Shown: in pieces, positions 13,332-24,996 of the stretch
Layout: the number at the start of each line of letters is the position of its first letter
Position numbering within the stretch: position 1 is the first letter of the stretch
Origin: Hyphochytrium catenoides
Lineage: Eukaryota > Protista > Hyphochytriomycota
Length of the DNA stretch: 64,000 nucleotides
Assembly (NCBI GenBank): GCA_900088475.1
Contig: FLMG01002522.1
Coordinates: forward strand, 99,654 to 163,653
Reading direction: 5' to 3'
Position numbers and translations under genes: made by a program
Notes under the pieces: generated by a model
Seen by the model: the letters and a program-made list of their open reading frames with translations, nothing else
Told to the model about the DNA's origin: nothing
Databases searched by the model: none

Positions 13332-13341
13332 TTTTGGCGGG
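13332..13341. promoter_or_regulatory. Candidate E2F-type site TTTTGGCGGG (cut by an N gap) upstream of CTF4
   Basis: Matches the E2F consensus family (TTTSSCGC / TTTCCCGCC). It lies in the PIGA/CTF4 divergent promoter, and the same word occurs upstream of Pol alpha. Confidence 0.45.
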
Positions 13342-13427
13342 NNNNNNNNNNNNNNNNNNNNNNNNNNNNNNNNNNNNNNNNNNNNNNNNNNNNNNNNNNN
13401 NNNNNNNNNNNNNNNNNNNNNNNNNNN
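13342..13427. other. Assembly gap (N run)
   Basis: Ns in the sequence. Confidence 1.
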
Positions 13428-13502
13428 NTTTAACTGCAGCTTTTGCTTTCGAAGCCCTGCGTGTGGGCCAAGAAGGCAGTTGCCATTGATCTCATCCCCA
13501 AG

Positions 13503-16500
13503 ATGGCCAGCAATACCGCCATCAGTGTCTCCAACTTTGCTAAAATCTCTGCCCATTGCTTCGGTTTCACGGAGGCCGTCTACCTTTCGGATGGTGAACA
13601 TGTCGTCACTGCGGGTGCTGATGGCATGGTCAAGCTTCTAAGCCTTCCGGATGGGAAGGAGATCTGCTCCTTAGAATGCGACAGCGAGGTGGGTCTTCTG
13701 TTTCACTTGTGGCATCATGCCTAGTGGCCTTATCTTTGGAGTTCCTACAGATCACCGCACTAGCAGTCAATGACGCTGCAACGCACGTCTATGTCGCCAC
13801 CGATGAGGATAAAGCTGTGAGATCTTACAAGTTTGCAAAGGATAATGATAGTACAAGCTTAGTATTCGACGACCTGGTTTTTCGAGCGACTACTCAGATC
13901 CGTTACCTCGCCATTAGCAAATCGCACATGTGAGTACTCGTCAAGCTAGCGCAGCACTATAGATGTGAGCTCACGTTCAGGACTTACGCTATATAGAGCA
14001 ATCTCTGGGAGCTTCCCTACAGTGCAAGTGCTGAAGCTTGACGACACTACGAATACCAAGGTCTTAAAAGGCAACTCCGGCTCGTCCGTCTACAGCTCGG
14101 CGTTTGATCCAAAGGATAGGTACTTGGCCACCACATCGGATGATGGAAAGGCTAGGGTTTGGAAGTTACAGGATAAAGAAGTAGAAACGATGTTTGAGTA
14201 CATTGACCCCTCAGAAAGGCTCAACGACGGCATGCTGGGACGGCTCGCCTGGAGTCCAGACGGCAAATACCTTGCCCTGCCAGGGCGAACTAGTATCGAG
14301 ATCCGTGCCCGAGATGCCTGGGCCAAGAGCTTCAAGCTAGAAAACGGTCATACCGGTCTCATCACATTCGTCACATGGTCTCCCAACTCGCTTTACGTGG
14401 CCTCAGCAGGACTAGACAAGAAGGTCAGTGCTTCGTGGCTTCTAGCATTACCGAGCCATGGGAATGCCTTCATCTTCATATCAGGGGACTATCGGATGAC
14501 TCGCGTTCTGATAAGGCTGTCTTGACTTTTCTTAGCGTTTGTTTACCTTGGCCATTGCCTGCGTCCACAGCTGACCGGGTGTGTTTTGCAGGTAGTGGTC
14601 TGGGACACTGTAAGCAGGGAAGTGATCAACACATACAGCTTTCTGAACGACATTTCAGGGATGCAATGGAATCCTAAGAAGAATGAGTTAGGAGCGGTGG
14701 ACTTCGATGGGCAACTGGTCTTGCTAAAACACGTTATTCCTGGCAAGATGACCAGCCCTACGTCGTCCCCGGAGGAGACGAAGCACGCCGGACCCTCATC
14801 ATCGTCTTCTGCAAAGGAGACCTCGGCTGAGTCACACGCCGTGGCGACCACGGCGAAAGAGACGGCTGGGAAGGGAACCGGCTCGGCTATGGGGGCTAGT
14901 AATGAAAGCAAGAAACCTGAGTCTAGAACCCCGGAGGATGGGACTGTCAGCGTGGCTGCTATAAAGCGTAGCCTTGGGTTCACCGAGGAGGGAGCGATGA
15001 CTGAGGATTTTATTTCCGCCGCGGAGGTGGAAGGAGAAGAGGTCGGTAAGGAGGGAGAAGTGGGGGTTGCAGAACGGCCGTACCTCCTCCACCGCACGCC
15101 CATGCAAGATGCCTTTCAACCTGGCTCTACACAGCCGAAGAGGAACAAGCAGATATTGGTATGGAACACCCATGGAAGCGTAGAGTCCCTGTCCCATACA
15201 TCTGACGAAGAGAAGGATGGAGCTTCATATAACTCTGTAAGAATAGAGATGGCGGATAGAGAAGCCTTTCGCCCTGTGCGAATATCGGACTACTTTGGCT
15301 TCTCGATGGCCGCGCTCAACCCGCAAGGGGNNNNNNNTCAGAGAGGGAGAAGAGGCGGAAGTGGTAGCCCTAAGTGACCACTGCGTAGCTGTTGGCACTA
15401 GCAGAAACTATGTACGGCTGTTTACCCTCAGGTAGGCGGAACTGAGGAATATGTTGTCCAGTCCTGTAGCTCTGGTTGCTTTCTCTTTTAATTCCTCCTT
15501 CTCTCTCTCTCTCTCTTTCTCTCTCTCTCCCCATCTCTCTCTTCCCTCCCGCTTTCTTTCTAACTCTTTATCTCTGTTCTCTTCTGTCTCTCTCTCGATC
15601 CCCTCTATCTCTCTGATGGTTCTCTTCCTTACTACTGCATAATCAGCCTCTCACCCTCCTCAACATTTTCTCCCATATCGGAACTGAGCTTGCCTTTCTT
15701 TTTTGTATTGTCACCTGAAGTGGCGCTCAAGATGGGATTATCATGCTTCCCGGCCCTCTGGTCTCTCTTGCCGGATCTGGCCCCTTGTTGGCCGTGGTCT
15801 ATCATTGTGGCGAACCCTTCAACGAGACACAGAATTTGGGTTTCAAGCTCATGAACATCGTACAAAGGAGGGAGATATGCGCAGGTAAACAGTTCTAAAG
15901 GCGGCTGAGCTAGTAAGAGACCTAGATTGATAAAAAAGCTCATTGAGAAAGTGACCCCCGTGGGAGGGAGCTCTCCACGAATACAAACGCCAGAAGGAAA
16001 AGGGATGCGGGTGAAGGGACACGCTCTAATCTTCAGAGTCCTCGAGTAACTCATGTCTGTACCTGTAGGAACTTTGCCTGTGGGGATTGGCAGCAAGCTC
16101 ACCTGGTTAGGCTTCTCAGACCGGAACGTCCTTTGTGCAGGAGAGTCCTCAGGTCTTCTGCTGGGACTGATACCTTTTGCTGGGTGGTAAGTGCCGTAGG
16201 AAGAGAGCCTGGTTGGCCTAAATCGAAAAGCAAGAGACATGGAGAGGAAGCGGTGTAGAGCGGAAAGGTGCTGGAACAAAGCGCGATGCAAAATGAGCAA
16301 GCGGGAATGAAGGAGCTGGAAGAAGGGGCCAGGGAGGGTTTCTTCGACAGACACTCAGTCCCACAACTATCCTCTTTATAGGCAATGGACACCTCTTCTT
16401 GATACTGCCCTTCAGCGCCGCAACCCTTCAGACTCTTACTGGTTCATTGGGCTTACTATGGAGACGCTCCTCTACGTCCCCCTCTCGAACGGACAAGAAG

Positions 16501-18506
16501 AGCCAGGTATCCCCAAACCACCTATCGCCACACTAGCCATCAAGGTTCCACTCATCCATGTAAGTCAGCCTCTTCCTTCCCTTTTCTGCAACGTTCCTTT
16601 TCTAGACTCTGCAGCTCTCCCTTCACGAGGTTCCCTTACCCAGAATCTATCCATTTTTAGCACTTTCTTCACTTGTCAGATGGTTTATGACACCTGATAG
16701 AACTTACTTACTTCATCCAATTCACATAGCGTTTTCACCTATGATCTTCCGTTATGCTCTTCTACCGTCGTATTCTCGACAACTATCGGCGGTAGACATC
16801 CGCACGTTGCTCTATCATGCTGTTTTCCTTTGTTTGACTTGAGGGCTGGACTAATGTCTTTCCCACCGTTCTGATTGGTGTGAAGAGCATGGACGCTGGT
16901 GTCAAGTTTGTGGAGCAAGAGAAGGACTCTCTCTTCAAACTCTTCAATTTGATGGCCATGAGGGAATATCTCTCCCTCGGAGTCCCTGTGGACTCAGATC
17001 CAGCGACAGGAAGCAGCAGCGAAGAAGCTGTGAGAAGCGAGGAGGTTGATGTGGACAAGGTTGTCCTCAAGCTCATTCAGGTGAGAGATGGCTTCTGGCA
17101 GACTTTGGATCACGTTCGTGGTCTTTGCTCAACTGATCCTTGGGTAGTGCACGCGTGTGGCCTTGCTGTGGCACAGTTATGTCTGCGTCTTGCCCGCCTC
17201 TTCCTGATCACTCAAAAGACGCTCTCATCTCTGCAGGCTGCCTGTAAGGCCGATATGCCAGGACGAGCATTGGACTTCGCGGCGAGGCTCAATCTGTCCA
17301 AATCCTTAGATATCGCCCGGAAAGTCGCTTCTCATTTCCAGCTGGACAGCCTAGTGGAAGGGCTGTATGACCTAGCTGAGGTGACTAATAATGCGATCAG
17401 CACACATCGCCATCATCTTTTCTTTTGATAAATGGCCCCTCTCTCTCAATCTTTTCTCCCCAATCACTATCTCGCCCGCTGCTCTCGGTTCTACATCTTG
17501 ACGTGGCACTTGCTATTCGCAGAAAAAGGAGCAGGAAGAAGAGTTGGCGTCTGAGATCGGGAGGTTTCCCCCAAACCTTGCCTATAGAGAGACTAAGCGG
17601 GCTGCAGACAGCGACAGGTGAGGCAGGTTTGAGAAGCGCACGAACCCTACGTCTCTATTGACAAGAGACGCGACCCTTCTTGGGTTATCTTATGTTGTTG
17701 CTCGATTTCGTTGTTTCTAAAAGTGCTTTTTCCTTCCTCTCCATCCAAACTCAAGGCCCGAGGATGATGGTGATACACCGAAGAAGAGGCAAAGAAGTGA
17801 CTACGCCCAAGCCACAAGGGGCACCGACGAAAACTCATTTGATCAGCCCGAAAGGGACAGTCCTTTGGAAGGTGATTCAGGTCCACTGCGGACTTCCTCG
17901 ATTGCTGGAGGTAGAGTCGACGTTCGCGATGCACTGAAGCCTAAGACGGCAGGTAGGTCTTCTGGAGATGAATAGTCTTTTTGATTTTTATCTATCCTTG
18001 ATTCTTTTCCTATCATTGACTCCCCTTCCTTGCTCCATTCGCTTCTCCCCTAGTTCTCAGGTTGCATTTTTGCTGAGTCTCTCTAATCCATTCCTCACTG
18101 TTTTAGTAAATCCCTTTGCCAAGCGGACTCTCATCTCCCCAGTAAAGCGCAGCGCGATGGAAACCTTGGGCCAGATCAAGCAGCAGTCTTCACCCGCTGG
18201 TCCAGTGGTAAAGCCTAAGCTGGGCAGAGAGTCCAGTTTCACTCAGAAAGGTAGGTGCTCCTCCAGGAGCCATATCTCGCAGCTAGCTACCGTCTCTTTG
18301 CCCTGTACGCAGCTAGCTACCGCCTCTGTCCCATGTACCGGACTCCGAATTGCAGTGCACATGCCTCTATTCATGCCCCTTTGCAGACTCTTCGTCGTTC
18401 CTCTTCCGTCTTTGCTCCTCCATTCTAACATCTTTCTCCTCTTTCCATATCATGGTGGAACTCTTCGTTCTCGTGGGGTGAAGCTCGCCAGAACTCGCGA
18501 GCGTGA
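13503..18506 (+). CDS. WDHD1: CTF4/And-1/Mcl1/SepB replisome adaptor (N-terminal WD40 plus SepB domain)
   Basis: N-terminal WD40 repeats (HVVTAGADGMVKLL, YLATTSDDGKARVW, WSPNSLYVASAGLDKK). SepB-domain hallmarks QDAFQPGSTQ..QILVWNTHGSV, ISDYFGFSMAALN, EGEEAEVVAL..VAVGTSRNYVRLFT and DKVVLKLIQ-AACKADMPGRALDFA, with a C-terminal VNPFAKR. No HMG box seen; the stop position is tentative. Confidence 0.9.
15331..15337. other. Assembly gap inside the CTF4 coding region
   Basis: 7 Ns; the reading frame differs on either side. Confidence 1.
18278..18337. repeat. 30-bp tandem duplication in the last CTF4 intron
   Basis: CGCAGCTAGCTACCGTCTCTTTGCCCTGTA followed by CGCAGCTAGCTACCGCCTCTGTCCCATGTA. Confidence 0.8.
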
Positions 18507-19835
18507 GTTAACCGTCGGTCCATGGCGGTGGGTCTGCATCTGCTTCCCTCTATTTATCTAGAAAACAACGGTCAATCTTCGCTCTGTCTCCTCAGAGGAG
18601 GCCTGCTCTTGAGCTCTGGCAAGGTTGTCTGCCGGGGGCGGCACTACCGTTTTGTGTTCTGATGCCATGTCGCTTGTTATGTCAGTCTTTCCGGAATGTA
18701 CGATGCCGTATGCGGGTGGATTCTAAGATCGGCTTGTGTATATTAATAATCCGCATGATGGCTCCTTGGCCCCTGTAGTGAGTTCACCGCTGGCCTTTGT
18801 AGGAGTGGCCTCTTCCCTCTCTCCTCCCTCCTCCCTCTTCGGCGCTTTCTTTGTCTCCTCGGGTCGGTCGCTTCTTCCTCTAGCTCTGTCTCTCTCTGTC
18901 GTCTTTCTTCTCTCTCTCCCCTTCTACTTTGTCCTACTTCTCTCACCCTTTCGCATAATGGGTCTTCTCTTCTCACTCTGTCTCATCTCCTTTCTCTCTC
19001 TACTATCCTTCGCATTCTTTCTCTCTCTCTCTCTCTCTGCGCATTCTTTCTACCTCTCCGTCTCTTTTCCCCCTCTCTCTTCCTCTCTTTCCCACCTCTC
19101 TCTTTCTCTCGGTGCTTTACATCTTCTGCATATCCCGTCGGACTCTGGATTGTCCATATCAGTGTTCACGTCAGTGAGAAGCTCAATCGGTTGCCCACGA
19201 TCCTTTGCTTCTGCCTTTGTCCAATGATATGCTGCCTCTTCATGCCGTCCATAAGCCTGACCTTTCATGATAGGAGTTACATTTTCGTCGGCATCACATG
19301 GCTCTCAGCCCTGTTACGCCGGAGGTGGAACAGGTGATAGCTGCAAATGAGAAAGAAGAGTACCAGGAATCGCTGCTGTGGGCTTGCTGACCAAGCGGCG
19401 CCGACGGCCCGCCAATGTCCAATCATCATCCCTTTACCTCCTTTTCTTCCTTGCATGTAGTACACCTACATCTAGTCTCGTCTCCTTTCTCTAGTTGTCC
19501 GTCTCTCTCTCTCTTCAGTTTCTCTCTCTCTCTCTGTCTCTCTGCGTAGACTTTCTCCCGAACTTCTCATCTACGGCATCTTCATTTTGCAAAGACTAGG
19601 GGACGCTCTCCTCCTCATTATTTGATGTTCCAAAACTATGCGTGTACACTTCGGTCGAAAAATGGCTTGCTTGTGCTCTTCCTCTCCCTACTGGAACTCT
19701 CGCTGCACATCACTTCGGTTTGCTCTTTGCCAGTTGAGGAAGTTATGAGCAGCAGCAGCATCAGTATGGCGGAGGAAGGGCCAGAAATAAGCTTTGCAGG
19801 GCCAGAGGCTGAAGAAGCAGAAGGTGATGGAGGTG

Positions 19836-19860
19836 NNNNNNNNNNNNNNNNNNNNNNNNN
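19836..19860. other. Assembly gap (N run)
   Basis: Ns in the sequence, directly before the visible TM-RGS coding region. Confidence 1.
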
Positions 19861-19865
19861 CAGCA

Positions 19866-21359
19866 ATGCCCGTCACGGGAGCCGACACAACGTTTCCCTG
19901 TTGGTTTGAGCTGCTCTTCTGGGACACGGCTCTCTTTCCTGTTATGGCTCTTGTCCTGTTCTGGTCTATCCAATTCTACGTGAGGCAACGGTACAATCAC
20001 GATCTCTACGAAGGAAAGCTAGCCACGTGGCCCTTCCGCTATCACCGCCTTCTCTCTTCTCCGGCGCCCATTATCTTTTTGTCTCTGTTTCTCTGGCTAT
20101 TCGGTTGGCTTGGAGTTATCCCGAGAGCTGTGAGGACGGTTAGCAACTGGGGCGAACCAAGCGGGACTTTAAGCTGCAAGCAATTTGAGCTAATTGACGT
20201 AAGTTCCTTATCCATGCCTGGCTTACACTGGTCCACCTCTTCACGATAGTTAGCTTGCCATTGCTGTCCTTGCACTATCCGTCAAGCTCTGTCATCTTTA
20301 TGCCCGGGTCTTCTTATCCACCGTCTGCCCTCTTTCTATCCTCCGTCCCTCGCACTCTCATAAATGTGCTCTCTCTTGTTGATAAGGCATTGGCTCTTTC
20401 CTTTTCTCATCTTCCCTTGCAGGAGCCTCTGGACATACTGTCTTCGCTAGTCCTTTGTTTTTGCACTGCCGTCACTTCGCAGGCACTTCTCTCCTTTCAA
20501 CCGCCTGAGGTGGCTAACATTAGGCGACGCTTACATCACGCGGCTCTGTCTATTTGCTGCGCGTTTATGGCAGTGGACTCTCTTGCTCTGTCCTCCTCTC
20601 TTCTTCCTCCTAAAGCTTATGAATATGTGTACTCCTTCACAATTTTCACCTTTTCCCTGTGCCTTCACCTCTACTCTTGGACCTTTACCTGGCCCCTGGT
20701 GCGGGACTCCTACCTACAAGAGATGAGGGACTTTGCCCTGCCAGGCGTAAGAGTGAACAGAGTAAGCCCTGATCTCTCGTTTAATGCTAAGAAAAATGGC
20801 GGCAAGGAAAAGAAGAACTTGGTGACACGGCAAGAGCTAAGAGAGGCTCTCTATTCTTCAGAGGAGACGCTGGAAGAGTTTGTTAAATACCTTTGTAAGG
20901 TGAGGAGACCCCAGTTTTTCTTTATCTTCTTCCTTGCCTGTGCCTGCCCCCATTGCGGCACTGCCTGTCTGCTTCTCCACATGTTGGCTAAAATTGATCT
21001 ACTTCTACTACTCTGCTTCCCTGTTGCTCCAGGAGTTAGCCGTAGAGAATGGTCTGTTCCTTCAGCACCACCGGAGATTCTTACACTCTCAGGACTCTTG
21101 GGAACGCTTCAACATTGCTCAGGACATCTTTGCATTCTCTCTCGAGCCTAATGCACCAGCGCGTCTAGACCTGGGTGCCGCTCTAAGGTCCGAGGTCTTG
21201 GAGGAAGGGAAGAAAATAAGAAGAGGCGAAGAGATGTCTCCTGACCTTTTCCTTGAGGTTGAAGGTCAGGTCCTGCGGTGCCTGGCCGATCCGTACAAGC
21301 GCTTCCTGAGGGAAAAGGCGAAGGCCCACGTTTCAAGCGGGAAAAAATTGACATTCTAG
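19866..21359 (+). CDS. Multi-pass membrane protein with a C-terminal RGS (regulator of G-protein signalling) domain
   Basis: Exons ~19866-20198, 20423-20899 and 21033-21359 join in phase 0. About five hydrophobic segments precede EEFVKYLCK-ELAVENGLF...AQDIFAFSLEPNAPARLDL...PDLFLEVEGQVLRCLADPYKRF, which follows the RGS box pattern. The N-terminus may extend across the gap. Confidence 0.82.
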
Positions 21360-21983
21360 TAGCTCAAACGCCTTTCCCGCTTCTATAAGTTGTCCCTCAT
21401 CTCCCAAAATGTGGCGCCTGCCAGTGCCACCTGCTCCCAGAACCGTGACGCACCCTCCTTGCCTTCACTAACTGCTGTGTCACACTACCTTGTTACATCA
21501 ATGGGTTCTCCTCGCTCCCAGCTCTATCGTACTCTAACCCCCTCCTGTCCACGTAGTGACAGTTCCTCTTCCTCGGTTGCTCTCTATCCGTCGCAGCAAA
21601 GCTGGCCTGTTGTCCTAGGTTTTCTGTAAGGGAATGCAGAGATAGGGAATGCAGAGATTGATTACTAATATGTAGAATCGTCTTTCTCTGCATCTTTCCC
21701 CGCCGCATCAGCGCTCGTTTCTGTCAGCCCAACTTCCAGTTAGGGCTTCTCTGCTGGTTCCAATGCCATTATCCTAGAGAGGCAGTGCATTGTGGGCATG
21801 AGAGTCAGGCTCTCAGCTCAGGCTCTATCCTTGTCGCTGCAGATAGGAAGGGCTATCATTCGCCTCGATGGCAAAGGAAGCCGCTTATGGCCTTCTTTCC
21901 CCTCATAATTGAAGGGCGAGTTATAACATTTCAGCTTTTTCCTCTCCTTATGTCTCCTCCATCTTGCACCTATTGGCCCGCAT

Positions 21984-22307
21984 TTATCCAGCCGTTGGGG
22001 GTTGAGAAGCCCGTGACTCTGCTAACTTCTCGACTGTGGGGTACGAGACCGCACACTTCTTACAAAGAAGAAGACAGTCCGCTGTCACGAGAGGTGTGCA
22101 AACTGCACAGCCATAGTCTTCCGCATCACTACTTTCTCCCACCACTTCTTCGTCTCCCGTCTTTCTACTTAGTGGTGGAAGCTGCCCCGATCGCCTCTGC
22201 TGCCGAATAGTTCTTCTTTCGGCCTCTTCTTTGCCCTCTCTTTTCTGGGGAAGATCCGTCCCGCCCGCTAGATCCCCAGCTCCGGACTCTCTGTACTTGG
22301 TTTTCAT
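21984..22307 (-). pseudogene. Possible degenerate PHD-finger fragment
   Basis: GCAVCTPLVTADCLLLCKKCAVSYP resembles the first half of a PHD finger after an acidic linker. The His and last Cys pairs are missing. Confidence 0.3.
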
Positions 22308-23423
22308 CGCTCTTTGAGGCCTTAGGGAGCTGTCCGACCTTCTGCTAAATGAGTCAGACCGCTTTATAGGCCCGTTCGTCGTGGGAAAGACGACCGCCCG
22401 ATCCCCAAGGTCCGCAGAGTGATACCGCTATCGACACAGCGAGAGGATGAAGCAGAGGTTGAGTATAAGGTTTTAGTGACAGACAGAGAGGGTAGCTAGG
22501 TACGTTGGAGAAGTAGGACTCTGTATGGTAGAGACACTGAAAGCACTGGCAAGAGAGAGAGGGAGAGAGAGAGAGAGAGAGAGTAAGGGGAGAGAAAGAG
22601 AGACAGTTAAACTGCGTAATAAACAGAAGACGAGGTGTGATAACAACCCAAGCGACAGGAAGCTGCCAGGAAGAGAAAGCTGATTGAATTGAGGAGCAGG
22701 GACTTGTGAAATAGACGCGAGTGGTTCTTACTCTCCGCATTCTGCGCGCAAAGCGCTGACGACCATAAAGTCTGCCCACTGGGTCACCTTATCCACATCG
22801 CCTTCGAAGCTCTATGCGCTGCTTTCCTTTCCTCTTCAGCAGGCACCTGACTGGTGGGTTTTCCTTCCTGGCGTGTCCTCTACGTCACTGCAACAGTGGA
22901 TATAACGCTGTTCAAGCTCTTCGAGGTATCACCGCATCCTTGGGGGACGATGTGCCACCTCGATCCCTTGTTAGCGGCACGAGCTGTGCGACAGGCACCG
23001 AAAAGAGAAGAAAATTACATCGCCTAAAGGCGATACATTCCCTCTCAAGGCTGCTGAGACGATATGTGTCCCCAGTAGCTCAAAAAGACTGCGGACTGTT
23101 AACTTCTACTCAGAATTTGCAACGCAAAGCATAATAGCAAGGCTTCTGTGCTTCCTCTTCGAAAGTGGAACGCGGTTGGGATCTCTGTCTGCCTTTCAAT
23201 CTACGCTGCTGGTCTATGAGGACAGAAGATAACAGCTCTTTGATAGGCGCCGCCTGCTGAAGAAGAGACGATGCGGGACGAGCTGCAAGACAAGGAACAA
23301 GGGACTGACAGAGCTGACAATGGGTGAAAGTGAAAGGCGATGAGTTCCCACTCTTTCTGTCCTTTTGTCTGCAGAGCGAACCACTGCTTAAAGGCTGGAG
23401 TGGCGACTCACTCTGTCTCAACG

Positions 23424-23426
23424 CTT

Positions 23427-23467
<41 letters not shown>

Positions 23468-23468
23468 A

Positions 23469-23508
<40 letters not shown>

Positions 23509-23533
23509 CTCTCTCTCTGTCTCTCTCTCTCTC
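23424..23533. repeat. (CT)n microsatellite
   Basis: Seen directly; imperfect CT dinucleotide tract. Confidence 0.95.
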
Positions 23534-24350
23534 CCCGAAATAAAAACCTGTGTCCAGGAAGCTCGATCGCCACATGCTGAAGGGAAGAACTGGACTTCCA
23601 GGCTGCAAACACACATCAGCTCAAACTCACAATCCATTTCCGCAAAGCCCAAACCTCCAGATGTAGAGCTTATTATTAGTTTAAGATGGGTAAACACGAG
23701 TAGGGACAAATCCAAACCAACCCTCATAACAAACACACTATTCTGTCTTGAGCTCTTAAAAGCTATAGGTGCCATTGACACACATCGATGCCTCTCACAC
23801 AGATTCATCACACAAATATATATCTATGTGATACTGTACCTAACTCAAGCTGTCAGCTCACACATTCCCCTCTGCCATTTGGTTGAAGTTTGAGTTACGG
23901 CACAGGCGGGAAAAAGCTCCCAAGTACAAGACTATAAGGCGTGTGGGATGATCAAACCTCGTACATAAAGACCTCTAATACTCCCTCCAATGGGGATGGG
24001 TAGGCCACGGCGACAATGTACATACAAGGATATTATTAGGGAAATAATACGAATAAGTATGGACAGCCATTAGTACCTCAACATTGAAACTGCTCTCTGA
24101 GCTCAAGATAATGGTAAGACGAGGGTATAATAGGCCCTCAGTCCATATTGTAGAATGGAAGAGCGACCTTTTCTGGCCAGACGGGATCTTCTATAATAAA
24201 TGTATGAGCTCGAACCTCATACATTGTAACGGGCGCTAGGCAAGGGGGAGGGGGGCATGAAAGGGCATGATAGCGGGGGAAGTGCAGTCAGTGACCCTTA
24301 TTAGAGACACGGGGATGTGTGATGAGCAGCAGGAGAAGAAGAAGAAGAGC

Positions 24351-24380
<30 letters not shown>
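24351..24380. repeat. (GCA)10 trinucleotide repeat preceded by a short (GAA)n
   Basis: Seen directly. Confidence 0.95.
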
Positions 24381-24384
<4 letters not shown>

Positions 24385-24996
24385 CAGGGCAGCTGTAGGC
24401 TATAAAGGCAGGCAGGACTCCAGTATGAGAGAGTGGGTTGAAAGAACTCGTTTCCTTCCTCACTGATGAGAAGAGATGAGCAACGCAGCTTGTGAAGAGT
24501 GAGGCGGGATGACAGGGAATAAACTGACTGCAGCGATGATAGTAGCAGAAAGGCAGCAAAGGTGAAAGAAAGAAAGAAGGGTTGAGAATAATATCTCTAA
24601 CTCGTCCATTGGCTCTTCAGTCTGAAAACGTAATATCCTCGTCATTCTCTTGTCCAACGAGAAATCCCTTTCAGCACGCTTTAACATCCCCAAGAGTCCA
24701 AGGCTGCTCTTCCGTTCCCATCCTTTACCTTGGTCATTGGTGCCTGTAGCAGTCCCCTGTCTAGAAGACAAGGGGAAAAAGCCAGCCAAATAGTCCTTCT
24801 TTTCTTGTTGATCATCGATGGATATCGAAGGATAGGCCTCTATAGAGCTAGGTCTAGCTCCTAACAAAATCCATAGCTTCAGCCTGCTGCCGCTATCGTA
24901 GCTATGCGCTGCCTGCAGCTTTCTTTGCAGAAACGAAGCAAAGAAAAAGCCAAAACGGTGTATGACCACCTGAGTGCAGCATAACATTCCCTAGAT

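Noticed and set aside
15632-16354. 240-aa minus-strand ORF
   Set aside because: It is antisense to CTF4 exons and introns and has no recognisable motif.
18736-19227. Hydrophobic 163-aa ORF resembling a membrane protein
   Set aside because: The Leu/Ser/Phe bias is explained by the polypyrimidine tract.
21335-21382. 10-bp inverted repeat (AAGCGGGAAA/TTTCCCGCTT) around the TM-RGS stop codon
   Set aside because: A short stem with a 28-nt loop is plausible by chance; there are no readthrough or SECIS features.
23110-23893. Long ORFs with RERERE or SLSLSL runs
   Set aside because: They are stop-free translations of the CT/GA microsatellite with no protein motif.
24199-24225. 10-bp hairpin AATGTATGAG/CTCATACATT
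   Set aside because: It is isolated, with no terminal repeats, target-site duplication or RNA-family context.
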